In this document: piece by piece, positions 27,344-41,352 of the stretch
Numbering within the stretch: the stretch's first letter is position 1
Layout of the letters: the number at the start of each line of letters is the position of its first letter
Assembly: GCA_021613535.1 (NCBI GenBank)
Contig: CP075495.1
Location: forward strand, 7,998,001-8,062,000
DNA from: Adineta vaga
Taxonomy: Eukaryota; Animalia; Rotifera
Direction of reading: 5' to 3'
Length of the DNA stretch: 64,000 bases
The notes under the pieces: model-generated
The model's input: the letters and a program-made list of their open reading frames with translations, nothing else
Told to the model about the DNA's origin: nothing
The model's database searches: none
Position numbers and translations under genes: made by a program

Positions 27344-28358
27344 ATGGCTGAAGTAGCTAAAATTGAAAATACGAAAGAGAACGAAGATGTGCTTAGTAAA
27401 GCTAAACCAGGAGATATGATTGAATTCATTCGTGGAGCTTATAGTCATTGGGCTATTTATGTTGGTAAGTACCGTTTTTTTAGTAGATATCTTCAACTTT
27501 TTATTATTATTATGTACGTATTTAGATAATGGTTATGTCATTCATCGATGGGGCGATAATGATGGAATTGGAAAATCAGTTGGTTTTTGGGGAAATTTCC
27601 TAACATTTTCTGGTACACAATTCGATAAAGCAACTATTATCCAATCAAAAATAGATGATGTACTTCGTTTGGGTGGTAAAGTTCGAATCAATAACTACTT
27701 GGATACTACATACAAGTACGTAACGTAAAAATATTACTATACTGTTGAAATTTAAATCGCTCATGATTTGAAATCTAATGTCAAAGTCATTTTCAATTCA
27801 ATATGAGTATGAGTCAGATTTACGTAAGAAAAAAGGATGAATCATCAGTTGTTTTTCAGGTAAACGCTTGATAAGATAGATGATGATTAAAACAACTATT
27901 AATGAATAGTACATAATTCTCCTGTCATTATGATCGGTAAAGATTAAGATAGAACGAACCTATCGAAATAGTCTGAGATTATTTGTGTTATATGGTAACT
28001 ATCATCAAAAATTTATTTTAGACCATTACCTGTTGAACATGTACTGGATAAGGCTCGTCGTGCTCTCAATCAAGAAGGTTATAATCTAGTTTATAGTAAC
28101 TGTGAACATTTTGCGACAGAATGTCGTTATGGTCAAGCCAATAGTCGTCAAGTAAGGAAATGTTTTCTTGTCGTAAAATTACACATCTTCTATTTCATTT
28201 AGGTACAAGTAGCTGTTGGGGCAGCCGTCACTGGTCTGACGATTACAGCTATCGCTGCATTGGCCGCTTTTCTTCTAAGCAGTTCATCAGAAAATAAAGA
28301 TAAGGATAAAAACTCTAAAACTGCTCAGATCAAGCGAATTCCATCGTCCACTAATTGA
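27344..28358 (+). CDS. Phospholipase A/acyltransferase (PLAAT/HRASLS, LRAT-like permuted NlpC/P60), 4 exons, C-terminal TM
   Basis: KPGDMIEFIRGAYSHWAIYV|DNGYVIH...KVRINNYLD...|...YNLVYSNCEHFATECRYGQANSRQ|VQVAVGAAVTGLTITAIAALAAFLL; His-His-Cys (NCEHF) catalytic triad intact. Confidence 0.92.
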
Positions 28359-28643
28359 TGTATCTATTGTTCAATCGTTGACATTATTCTATTTATTTTT
28401 AAATCGTTTATGAATATGATGAGTACGTATCTTAATATCTTTCTGTGACTAATTGTATAGAGTCGGTTTGTATCATATTCTTTAATTATATTAGTGCTCT
28501 TTGTTCATGAATAAATATATTTCCTTTATTAATATATGTTTGTGTACCTGCGTGTGTGTGTTCCTTTTTTTCGCGTTACATCAGGTTTGGACTGAAATGA
28601 TGATATTTTTTCAGATCGAGTGCATGTTTAAAACTTCAACGAA

Positions 28644-29053
28644 ATGGCTTTCCATGATGAAGTTGAAATAGAAGGTAGATTTTTTCTGTGAAATGGAAAG
28701 AATTTCTAATATGCATAGAGTTTAGACTTTGAATTTGATGAAGAATCAGAAACATATTATTGGCCGTGTCCTTGTGGTGATAGATTTCAGATTACAAAAG
28801 TAAAAATAACAATATTTTGTTCAATATGAAAAAGGAAGCTATTATAATTTGTTGATCTTAGGAAGAACTTGAAAGTGGTGAAGATACTGCACGGTGTCCT
28901 AGTTGTTCACTGATCGTTCGTGTGATTTATGATAAGGTTTGTAAAAATTGACATTATTTTATTTGTAGTTTCTTCTTTATCTAGGATGCATTCATGGAGA
29001 AAGAATCGAGTCTGAAACAAAAAACATCACCAGCTATGGAGAAAACTACATAA
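28644..29053 (+). CDS. DPH3: Diphthamide biosynthesis protein 3 (CSL zinc finger, Kti11), 4 short exons; absent from the ORF track
   Basis: Spliced [10 protein letters not shown]|[25 protein letters not shown]|[25 protein letters not shown]|DAFMEKE... Confidence 0.95.
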
Positions 29054-29964
29054 TTGTTTCATCCGGTTTCTGTTCTGTTTTTGTTTTCGTTATTTTTCAA
29101 TCGTTGCACAGTATTGTCTTTCTTGAATCCGTTGAACGAAAAATTATTACTTTTGATAAACAACTTCTATCTTTACGTTTTGTGTTACTCACTTTCAAAA
29201 ACATATGTATGAAGAAGAAAAATAACAAGCATGTTCGTGGATACGTGCTTGAATCAAAATATTATTTATAATCGCAATGAAAACACTGTACCCATATAAT
29301 CAATTGAAAAGAAAATGAGATATCGATCTTATTTAATAGACATTCCTCAATGTTAAAGATGTAATATTTTTCACTAATGACTCCGTGTACTCATACATCT
29401 TATCTCAACAACAAATATACAGCAGCATATATAGATGAAAAAGTATATGAAAATAAAAACTTCGTTAGATATCCTTGAGCGACTAAAAGTACGAGTACAT
29501 CGCGTATATTAAGAAAACAATATTTATGAATTCATTTTTTTTTCTTAGACTTCTTCTCACGTAAATTGCATCTTCATAACAGACATGAGAAGTCAATACT
29601 AATCATTAATTATTCAATTACAATTTAAAAGAATACTCCTATGATATAAACTATACTATTGAGAACTGAATAAGGAAGAGATAAAAATCATGAGTCATAT
29701 TATAACGAAAAATATTTTGACCATAACCAATATGTATCCAATCAAACAAATGATTTTATGTCATTATTATTGCTTGTATTGTTTTAATATTTACCTGTAC
29801 ATAGAGTGTGTTATATTTATTCTTTCTTCATATTACGAAAATATTATTTAACGACAATATATACAAACATAAGGACAAAACGAGAAGGATCATTCGTTTC
29901 ATCGTAAATATTCGTATAGTTACTATACCTTATCTTGTTTTAGTACACTACACTGTACTACACT

Positions 29965-30291
29965 ATGCTTCAAACTAGCAGCAAAACGAGCGCCTGGAGT
30001 CCTTGGAAATATACACCCCTAGTAGTAGGTGCTGGTGTTGGTACTGCACTCATCGTAATAGGCATGTCATTAGGCTTAGGTTTAGGTATTGGTTTAAAGA
30101 ATGATAGTGAAAACTTAACTATGGTTACAGAATCGATGCCAAACACAACAATTAGTACTATTTTAACTACGTTGACGAATACAACTGTAACTACAACGAT
30201 AGCCAATACTACTATTACTACAGAAATTACTACCACTACGACAGATACAACAACCACAGAGCCCACAACCACATCCGTAATCTCCGGTTGA
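29965..30291 (+). CDS. Small single-pass membrane protein with Gly-rich TM and Thr-rich mucin-like stalk; possibly truncated
   Basis: LVVGAGVGTALIVIGMSLGLGLGIGL followed by a poly-Thr region containing N-x-T sequons. Confidence 0.55.
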   Translation: MLQTSSKTSAWSPWKYTPLVVGAGVGTALIVIGMSLGLGLGIGLKNDSENLTMVTESMPNTTISTILTTLTNTTVTTTIANTTITTEITTTTTDTTTTEPTTTSVISG

Positions 30292-33200
30292 AAATCATCA
30301 ATAATCTCGAGGTATCAAAAATCGCAAACTTGGATTATTGAATTCGAACTTTTACTACTGAAGTAACAAACTTTTGTTGGAAAAACTTGCTACGTCACTA
30401 TTTGTTTTCGTATCTTTTATGTTATTTACTTTTATAATGAATTTAGAAAATTTCTTTTTTATTTCAATTTTGTCACAATTAGTCATTCATCATGGCGCTT
30501 CAAATATCAAAGCATGAATATGACCGTATAATTGAAAATGACAACATATGTTCAACTTTATTTTTGATCCCATACTTCTTACCCCAAAAGAAATGAAATT
30601 ACTTTTCAAATATAAATTGAAACTATTTACCAGAGGCTCACATACGATCCTATCCATATGAAAGGTAAAATAAAATAGATATCATTCACGATACATAAAA
30701 ATATCATAATAAAAATCGTTTTTATCCACCTAAAAGAAAAATCTATGATTACTCTCATGTATTATGTATGATTACTTTTCTTCACGCGGTTAAGACGTTT
30801 ATCATGTTCTTCGTTTGTTATGCGACAAAAATAGTATTTATTTTCATAACAGATAATAATGAATGCAAAATATATGATTATCGACTTAATATTACAGATT
30901 GATATTCTTCTATTTACGATACATCACGTTACAAATGAATTCCAAAGTGAAGAAATAGTCGCCTTGAGTTCTACTCACATTACAAGCTGGTGTTCCTGCT
31001 TTCCAACCGGTCTCATCGTCATAAATTCCGCATTAAATTTCGATCCTCGTACTTACTGATAAGTAAAATAGTAGGCGATAGTACAATACAAATTATAAGT
31101 TTTAAACACTTGTGTTTAACCACCTGTACTATTGGAATCTACAACATTATGGCTGAAGTGATGTATAAATAGGCAATATCCATGTAAATATGAATACTTT
31201 AGTTTTCTAAGAATGTAGATCTTGGAATCATTGAGATTTTAAAAATTATTTACGAATATACATTGATATATAATTATAAAGATCCCATGATCTTTGAAAT
31301 GCATTTATATATGTTCGAAGAATGTGAATAGTACTATAGATGACGGTATGTTAGGTTTTCTTATATAGTAGTATTAAAACTATGTGTATGTGAATGATAT
31401 ACAAATTTCACTCAAAAACTACTAAACATAGAACTTCATTATGTAGAGGGTCTTTCAAGATAAAATTTATGAATAGACGTCACGGAAACGACTCACTATT
31501 AGAGTGGAAGGATGTCAAGAGACATTTGAGATCAAATCTTGGTATAAAAAGCACAAAACATGTAAAAAAAATGTTTTTCTTTCAGCCATTGAAAGAAGAT
31601 ATCCACGCATTTATTTTCGCAGCTTCTGTCGATAAATCATAGAATAATTTTTAATCATATTGTTTAATTGATAATTATTTATTGATATTAGCAATATAAT
31701 CTCATCATTGATTTGCACAAGATTTCTTTTGACTTATCAGTCGACACTTAGAAATTACTTCTCAATGCATATAAGCTTCTTGCACTTGAATATACAATTG
31801 AGATTATAAACGTTCATTACTGTCTGTATGATCAATATTTATTTGATAAGTCAATATAAAGACATCTCTTTATGTCCTTGCCATGTCTAATTTTGCCTTT
31901 TTTTTGAGAAATGTCAGGCAATGGCTTGATTCATGATCAGTAGACAAAAGAAATTAAGCAGAGAATCTCCAATGAACTTAAGAACTAACTGCTTTAACAA
32001 TTATATGATGAACATTGTCATAGAAAAAAGAACGCACATTATTCAGTTTTGTATTTCATAATCTTTCTCATTAAAAAATATTAACGACTTATCAAGATAG
32101 AGAATAGAAAACTGTCATGATTAATCTTCTTTCAATCTGTTTGATTGCATTTCAAATTGAATCTCTATTGGTTCTGTAGTTACTATTATAAACATCTTGA
32201 ATAGAACTGATCTTATGATTATTGCCTAAGGATAAGACAAGAACAATTGATCATATAATGAATGATACGAACAACATGTGATATAATTAAATAATCAACT
32301 TGACGAAAAAGAGATGTTTATATTGAAATAGAACGAATCGAATAATCAAATAAAATAATAACTTAAAAAGTTATCTTCTATAAATAATTCAACTAATAAA
32401 CAAAACTTGACTATATTCATATAAATTGATTAACTTTGAATCAACTCAATTTTTTATCTATCTTTAGTTGTTGTTTTTCTTTTTCCAATGATCAAATGAC
32501 AACATACAAATATTTGTTTAAGCAAATATAAACAAAGACGCTGTCTATTTCTTTCTTTTTTTCTGCATAGTATAGATACTAGTTTAATTAATATAATAGT
32601 CAAAATCCTATTGACAATACATTCTGACAAAGTTAGATAAGATCCCAAACGTTTTTCTCTATTATACATTATTTTGTTCGAAGAGCAAACAAAAGACATT
32701 GTTGATTAGCTCTTTTTTTTCTTCTTCTTCTTAGTTAAGCAATTGTTTCTGTATCAAGGGATTTCATGCATGCTATGTTTTAAAGATGCTCAAAGAAGTC
32801 AAGAAAGAACGAAAGAACTGTTCTTCCGGCATACATTTGTCTTTCTTTTTATGACGTTTATAGTCGTTTTGACGTGCTGTTTTTTCTTCCCTTAATGATA
32901 CTTGAATAGGAACGAGGAAAACGATTATTTCGAACTTGAGTTCTAGAGAAAAAATGATTTGTCCTTTCAATAACTTTTATCTTTCGATCGAATATTATTG
33001 ATAAACATCAACATAAATCGAATTCTAAATTATTCTGATCATAGTCATTTTCAATGAATTATTAACACATCAACAAACTGAACTAATCATTATTGATGTT
33101 AAACGCTAGTTGATGAACAAGTACATAGAAAAACAACATAAAAAGCCTTTTGGCATATAAGGCTTATTGACATTTGTTGATTTTGCTTGTTCTTGATGGT

Positions 33201-34590
33201 ATATGTGTGTATATTATTTTTTTATAAATGATCATCATCATCAATCGTTCCAATATGAATATTAACGTTCAAATATCAGAAATTTTCTCGAATCAGATAG
33301 CATAAATCAAAGATGAGAATAAAAACAACAATCATATCATCCATAAGAAAGAAGAAAATGATTTGCAGTAATGATGATGATGATCATGTTGATCATGATG
33401 GTACTAGTACTGATGATGATGGTGTAGCGGTAAGGACCACAAGCATTTACTAATTAATCGTAGAAGGCCAAGTTGTTAATCTTGACAGACAAAAGAACAA
33501 AAAGAAAAGAGGGAAAAAGAAAACGATCGGTAATGTCTTTCGTTGCTCTTCGCATAGGCTTTCTTGACAAAGTCTCTTTCTGCTTCTCTCTCTCTCGTTC
33601 TTTCTCTCTCTCTCTCTTTTTCGTTGATGATTCAGAAATACTCGGAAAAGCCGATGTCGATGACAAGTAGGCAATGTGGCATTCTTTCGCATCGTTAAGC
33701 AATCGTGATAATAGTTTGCATACAATGGACGGTTACGATAGTCAGAATAACATCAATAATAAGACAAAAAAACGACAACTTATGTCTGAGCATTAAATAG
33801 AGAAACAAGTTCAATCGTGTTAATAAGATAACAGGTAAATAACAACACTACAAGGACAATTATTTATTGAATAATTAAGTTTTTCCTCTTCTTCTCAAGC
33901 AGACCATATAAGCATTTAGTCAAATTGTTCTTGATCAAAGTTCTGTCTACTCATATAGAACATATTGGGTACTTGCCATTTCCGTAAAAGAGTTTTGTTT
34001 CATACAGTAATAATATTAGAGACAAAGGAGAAAAAAGAAAGAGAATTTCCTCTTTTAGCTTATTCTCTACCTGCTATCCGCTCATTTTTTTTATTTAGTT
34101 TCGTCGAACACCATCGTTCAACAATGTGTATGGTTACGTTTGTCACTCATCAATGCTCGTCGTCGATTTCTCTCTCTATATATTATAAATAGATGTGTGT
34201 ATGTTTTGCGTGTGCGCTTATAATAGAGCTGTAAAGATGATCGATGCGGCGAATTGTGGTTATTCTATTGAGCGTCGATAATCTAAACAACAACGGTACT
34301 CTCGCTTCCTTGATTATCCTCACCCGCCTTCCTTCTTCTTCTTCTTCTTCTTTATATACGTGAAATCGACTGACTGTAAGATAGACATTCGATGAACAAA
34401 TTTATTTTCCACATGTGAATACATGTATACCGTCTGTTCATCAGATTGATTCGTATTCATTAAATACTATTCAAGAAAGCGATTATCTATTTCTTTTGTT
34501 ATAATACATTCCATCAAGTTTCAAGAAATGATCGGGTATGTATTCTATTGACATATATATATCTGTTGAACGATATGAAGATAAGATGAA

Positions 34591-37500
34591 ATGATAGTTG
34601 ACTTAAAATTTTCCAATACCAATTGGAACTTATTCCTCGTTTTATCTACTTCTAGTCATTCTCTTCTTCTTGGTCTACTCTTCCTTCTCTTCCCAACCAA
34701 TATTAGTTCATCAATCAATTTCAAAACCGCTTGTGAATTATTAAAACTTTCACGTGATTGTCATTGTCAACGTACACGTGGCGTACCGATATCATCATTA
34801 AATGAAACACGTTTACGTTGTCGTCAATTAACTAAAATAACAACAGATTATCAATGGTCTATTGTACCATACGATCGTTTAGCATTCGAAACACCCAATG
34901 ATAATTTAACTATAAATCGATTTGCATTTGCTAATATTCGAGCACGAACAGTACGTTTTAATGTTCAAAATCTTTTTATTAATGATCATGCTTTTACGAA
35001 TGCTTATATTGGTCAATTAGCTATATCACATATGGATACGTATGGTACATTAAATTTCCAATTAAATGGAAAAGTTTTCTATGGAACAACAATTACTAAT
35101 ATCTATATAAAACTTATCAATTTTCAAACACCAATCTCTGAAATAATCTTGTCCAATTCTCGAATTTATACATTTATTATTCAAGCATCAAAATTTTATG
35201 GTTTTACCAACAAACAAATTCTTCCTAATCAACAAAATGAAACGAATCTTGTCAATGAACATCAACCGGATAATTTCCTTGAATATGATTTTATGTCAAC
35301 TACTTCTAATAGTGCTAGCGGTTCATCATATCAAACAAGTAGTCCATCTTCCCGATCATTAAAAATTTATCGTCAAAAAAAAGCAAAAATATCCCGTCAT
35401 TCATTCGAATCTAGTGATGAAAATTCTTCTCAATTACCTGAACAAACTGTTACTATGAATATAACTTCAAATAATCTACCCGTCTATATTACAATCTATA
35501 CTATTCTTTCCAGTATCAATACAACAAATTTAACTGAACATTATTTTCCAAATAATCTTGAATATAGTCAAACTGATCAAATTGAATTAAGTTATAATTA
35601 TATAAGATCAATTAATGCCTATGCTTTTCGTCATCTAGAAAGTTTCGAAGGACGATTAATATTAACATATAATTATATTCAATATCTTTCACCATATGCA
35701 TTTGATAATTTATATTTATTAACAAATTTATCTCTAGCAAATAATTCTATAGAAATTCTTACATGGAAACATTTTCAACATTTAGAACAATTATACGAAT
35801 TAGATTTAAGTTACAATCGATTGGAAAAATTATCTAATCATACCTTTCGATATTTAATAAATCTTCAAATTTTACGTTTAAATAATAATCCATTAAAATT
35901 TATTGATTCAAATGTTTTTACAAATTTAACACATTTAAAAGAAATTCATTTACATGGTTCACAAATAATACAAAATCTTGATCCATTGCATTCATATTGG
36001 TTATGGAATTTAGCTAATTTACATTTGAATTACTTATTAAATACAAAGTATGTTTAACAAATCAGACAAAGAAAAGAAAATGAGAATTTAACTAGAAAAC
36101 ATATTAACCTTGTCTCGAATAGATAAGATCAATTGTTGTTACATTTAGCAAAACAAAACAAACGTGTCATCTCTTGATTTGATGTTTATTACTTATGACA
36201 TAAGTATTTTCCGTTCGTTTACATCACAAGGACTTGCCTTATTTGTTAGCTAATGGCTCTTTTGCCTAGTATTTCATGATTAAGAGACAATTTAACAAGT
36301 ATCAATACTATTATTGAATAGATGCATAGAGAGTTCGGTTTTTTTAATAAATAGATCGAACAGGATATGAGTTCCACTGAGAGAACGAGATGAAGTGATG
36401 ATTAGTTACAATAATTGAAAAGAATGGCATTCGATAAAGAAACAGAGATGATATGGTATATGACAAAGCGAATTTATTGATGCATACGATAGAATTATTT
36501 CTTTTCTTATATCAGATCGATGAACTTTAAGTTTATGATTAAAGTAGAGAAAAAAACACTGAATAGGTACTAAGATCAATAAATCTACTATCGAGAAGAA
36601 AAGGCAATTGTCAAAAAACTCTCCATCAACATATTTGTTTTGTTGATAACAAAAGAAACTTTTCAGAATAGAATGTGTATCTTTGATTGATTGTGTCTGA
36701 TAGAGAAAATGAATAGAACTAACTAATAATAGCATAGAAAGAAAAATCTCGAAATAACATCAAGGTCTATGTTGACAGGAATTAAAATGGATATTTTTCG
36801 TCATTTTTTCTTCTAGTTTTGATTTAAGTGATGTCGCTTTTTGTTTATTATCACATGCTAATCAAACAATGTTTCATTCACCACGACAATATGCATGTTC
36901 ATGTAACGTTCATTATTTATATCATAATCCTAGTATCGAAGAAAATCATATTTATACACCGATGAAATATCATACTAACTATTTACGTTTAACTCCAATT
37001 TGTATTCTCAATGAAACAACATCATTTTTTGAACAATATTCAACGGAAAATGAATCCATACAATCTCTAGATACAACTGGTTTTATTCTTCGTGGTTTAG
37101 AAAATAAATGTGATTATAAATTAATGTTTCTTAATTGTGATGCGATGACAACAACAAGCACAAGCACAACATCAACTACGAGTACTACGACAACGACTAC
37201 TGAAACAACAACAGCCATATTAGAAACAATATCGACTACGGAAATCAATCCGACGACAACAGTTGAAATTTTTACAACAACGATGACAACACCATGGTTT
37301 GTTTTTAATTTTCTTAAACAATTTTCTTTAATAGAATTGTATTCTCATTTTAGGTATTATAAATATACGAAACCTCCGAAAAAATCAGTTAATAATGCAA
37401 AAAAACTATTCACTGTTCTTGGTACATTAGTAGCGATTACTGTTGCTGCAATTATTCTTGTCATTCTTTGGTATCGGCTCAAAGCAATCTTTAAACGACG

Positions 37501-37852
37501 ACAAAAAAAGAAGAAAATTATCGAACAACAAAAACATTTTAATTCACCATCAGATCATCACCATCAGCAACAAGTTACAGCACCACGTTATGCATCATCG
37601 GAAATGTTAAGTAGTATACATAGTGGACAATTCAATGGTAATAAAAGTCAATCACAAGCATTGATTACACCATCATCTCCATCAGCTATTGTTTATAAGA
37701 ATATCGATGCAATGATAGGAAATGAACCTAGTCAAAATTTGAATGATGATGATGAAAATCAATCACATCAACAAGAACAAGAACAGCAAATCGAACCTCA
37801 AAATGTAATAGAGAATAAAATGACAGATATACAAGCAACAACTGAATGTTAA
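34591..37852 (+). CDS. Leucine-rich-repeat type I transmembrane protein
   Basis: Signal-like LLLGLLFLLFPTNISS; Cys-flanked N-cap; LxxLxLxxNxI repeats (LTNLSLANNSI, LYELDLSYNRL, LQILRLNNNPL); C-cap YACSCNVHYL; Thr stalk; TM LFTVLGTLVAITVAAIILVILWY followed by a basic stop-transfer. Introns at about 36048-36816 and 37297-37352. Confidence 0.85.
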
Positions 37853-39691
37853 CATTTTAGAGTGAATGTATTGTATTCATTTTTTTCTTCTTCTTTTCTT
37901 TGTGTCTGCGTGTGCTTTTCTTTTCATTTTAAATAAAACTTGATTAATAAATAATCTAGAACAATTTCATATTCGTTCCGATTTGAGAAAACAAAGTATA
38001 TGATAATTTTTCTTATTACAATCAAAGATATCGAATATCATACGTTTTCAAACAAGAAAAATGAATAGTAGGATTAAGTTTTCAACTTAACCTTCATACT
38101 ATGAAGTATGATGACATTGATTGATAAGTGACTCTATTAGCATAAGTGTATGTCGAAATAAATCCATAGATCGTATTTTAAATAATTAGTCAATGTTTTA
38201 TCTTTCAACATGGTTACTTTCTAATTAAAATAAATTACTTAATACTTTTTCAAGGGCGTTTATTACTCCCTAAGAAAAGAAAAAATTTCAAATTCAATTT
38301 AACATTTAATAATCAAAAGCAATGACCGAAATATTGCACGCAATGTTATCTGATAGAAATCAAATTGATTTGGTATTAGAGACTAAATTGTTTTTATTCA
38401 ATGATATGAATAAAGTTTTTACATTTCATTTCTTCTTCTTTTGCGAACTAATAAGAAGAAACTAATCAAAAAAATCATACGATCGATTAATACGCATGAA
38501 AGACAAATCAAGTTCATATCTATTTTCTGGTAATATATTCAATTGCCTATACACACAACTGATACCATCGATCGAAAAGATGCAATATTTTGTTATTTGT
38601 TTATTTCACGGATTCACTTTAATGTGTGCATTCATTACTTGTATAATTGATAATGATGAAATTTCGTCTTGTTATTCATACTCTTCTATGACAATGTCGA
38701 AGAAAGAATTGAGTATTATAGATCTATTTACATGATTTTAATTGAATGAGTCTATGTTGATTAGTTCATATAGACATTTGATGATACAATCAAATTTCAT
38801 TATAATGATTATTGAGATTTCTTTTACTCTAGTTCTACTTTCATATGATTGAAAGCACTTTCATCTGATGATAATAGAAAGTTAATCTATTCGTTTCGAA
38901 TCAATTAGTTCGTATGCATATATTATTGTTTGGATTGATCTCTATCGGTAATCTTTCTAGTTTCTCGAACTGATGCTGTCCATTATTTTCTTGTTAATCC
39001 TAAACAAATTGAAATAGATATTGAAGGCAAGAAGAGAGACAACGAGACATTGTCCATTGAGGACAAAATTCTTCATCTTCTCAAGTGTCTTTTAAAATAT
39101 ATATACATAGGAGAACATCTCTATGTACGTATAAGATGGGAGGAAGAGAAGAGAAGAAAAGAGAAATGAAACTATGTGATTCGAATAGTATCATCTTTGT
39201 TCTTACGTGCTTGAAACTCATAGATTTACATTTGTTGTTGATATGTCTAGACAGTAAGTATCTAAGAAAAATAAAAACGTTAGAAAAAAGATAGTTTTTT
39301 CTTTATGAAACAAAATCTTGTTATGGTTTGATATATTTTCCTTTTTATATATGGATATGCTATCCGAATTTCACTTGTTTTTCTTTTTCTATTCGTTTGT
39401 AGGTTTTTTCTATCATGAATATTGATCTTATTTTTCGCTTATTTTTCTTCATAAACTTTATTTTATTCAAACATGATCAATAACAAATCTATTTGAATCA
39501 TATTTCAAAGTGTACAAAAGAGAAAGAGAAAATAAAAAACTGTCGTCAGATCGATATTTGCATCGATACAATAGAATTTTGATTCGTAAATCATGTTTTT
39601 TTTTTCATCATAAATATCTATATTTAAGGAGGCGATATTCAATCGTTTTTTTATTCTGTTCTAGATTTTTTCTTTCTATTAAATATTTCAA

Positions 39692-41319
39692 ATGGCATCA
39701 TATACTGAATTGAATAGAATAACATGTCGACCACTTCCGAAGGTATGATCTACTAGAGAATATGGTGTTTTTGATTAGGAATAAATTGTTAGAGTTCGTT
39801 TGTTATGATTTAATATTGATCTTTTCTTTTTATTTGAAACAGACAAATATGTAACTGATAAATAGACATTTCAGTATTGTCTTATGAAATGAAGATGATA
39901 AAAGAAAGAAATTGAAGTAGATGTTTGAATGTTACAATTCATATGAATGAACATTATGTTCTACTGTTATAAATCTTTAACAGTTATCAGACAAATTATT
40001 TTATTTCAATAAATCATAGAACTAATCGATATGGTATGTATCATACCATTCGTTTGTGCCTTCTGTAGATAAATAAGAAGCGTCAATTGCTTGTATTGTC
40101 AAGGTCGACTGTTCATATATATATATATGTATATGTGTATATCATAGAAAGAAAAAAAAAAAGAAACGTTGACGATCCATCTTTCATCGTTTCTTCAGCT
40201 TGCCTTCATTTCTTCTACGTGTACATGTTGAGCCCTGAGTTGAGAGCAGCAGAGAAGGGTGGAGCGATGGCAAAATCACCGTACGAATATGTGCGCGTGT
40301 CATAAAAGATAACCTTCCACGGTTTTCTCTCTCTCTTTCTGTCTTTTTTTGTGCGCGTGCTCTCTATCATTGTTCTTCTTATGTGTGGTGCACACAAGTA
40401 CCCGAACACGTATTACATACTATATCAAACTGCTCTATCATACAATTGCACACATTAAATAAGTGATGCATGATTTTTTTTGACTATGTTCTAGGCCACA
40501 CCAATTCCGTTATCTACAAGTAAGAAACTTGTTGAACCTTTTAATCGTCTTAAATATCGAGCAAATTTATTTCGCCGAAAAAATTATTCGTCTCAACTAA
40601 ATATTAGTTCTCCTTCTCCTAATTATCGGTCATCTACAGGCCCCGATCATATCGTTTCTTCTCATCAATCATCAAGAGAAAATTCTAATAATAATATTGG
40701 TGTTATTCTTCTAAAACGTTCGAATTCCATGGTATGTCCTCAAAAACATCTACACTCATTATTAAATCAAAATAATAATAATAATAATAATAGCAACAAC
40801 AACAACAATAACGATTATATAAATCAACGTAATTCAATTTGTATTGAATTAGCTGGTTGTTCAACTGACGAGAGTTCAACAGACGATTATCAAGTAATTA
40901 AATCATCATCTTCATCAGCAAATCATTATTGGACTAAGCCAATTTCATCGAAAATGAATGATATTGATCGTGATCAACATGAAATTGTATCATCGACTCA
41001 ACCATTGCCTATTATTGATGAATGTAAAGTTAATCATGATGATGAAATCGAGTCTGAAGATAAAGGTACGAAAAAATTCCATTTGATCATGTCAATCATT
41101 TGATATTCCAGTCAAACTAATAGCTCTACAATTTGTTTCTTTTCTTTTCTTTCGTTCAGTATCATCATTATTACCTAACGAGAATAACAACAGTGAACAG
41201 GCATCTGTCATCCTTCCATCAACGATGAATGTTATTAGAAGAGAAAAAGACGATGAAGAAAAACAACAAGAACCAATATCGTCTTCGACTATACCAACAG
41301 CTACTATATCTTCCTCTCA

Positions 41320-41352
<33 letters not shown>

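Noticed and set aside
33161-33185. GGCTTATT, resembling my recollection of the start of the bdelloid spliced leader
   Set aside because: The match ends after 8 nt, with no following donor or Sm-site arrangement, so it is not an SL RNA gene.
33370-33445. GAT-rich tract that reads as poly-His on the minus strand
   Set aside because: Interrupted by stops; simple trinucleotide repeat.
40028-40054. Small hairpin ATGGTATG-TAT-CATACCAT
   Set aside because: The stem is too short for a pre-miRNA or MITE, and no second copy was seen.
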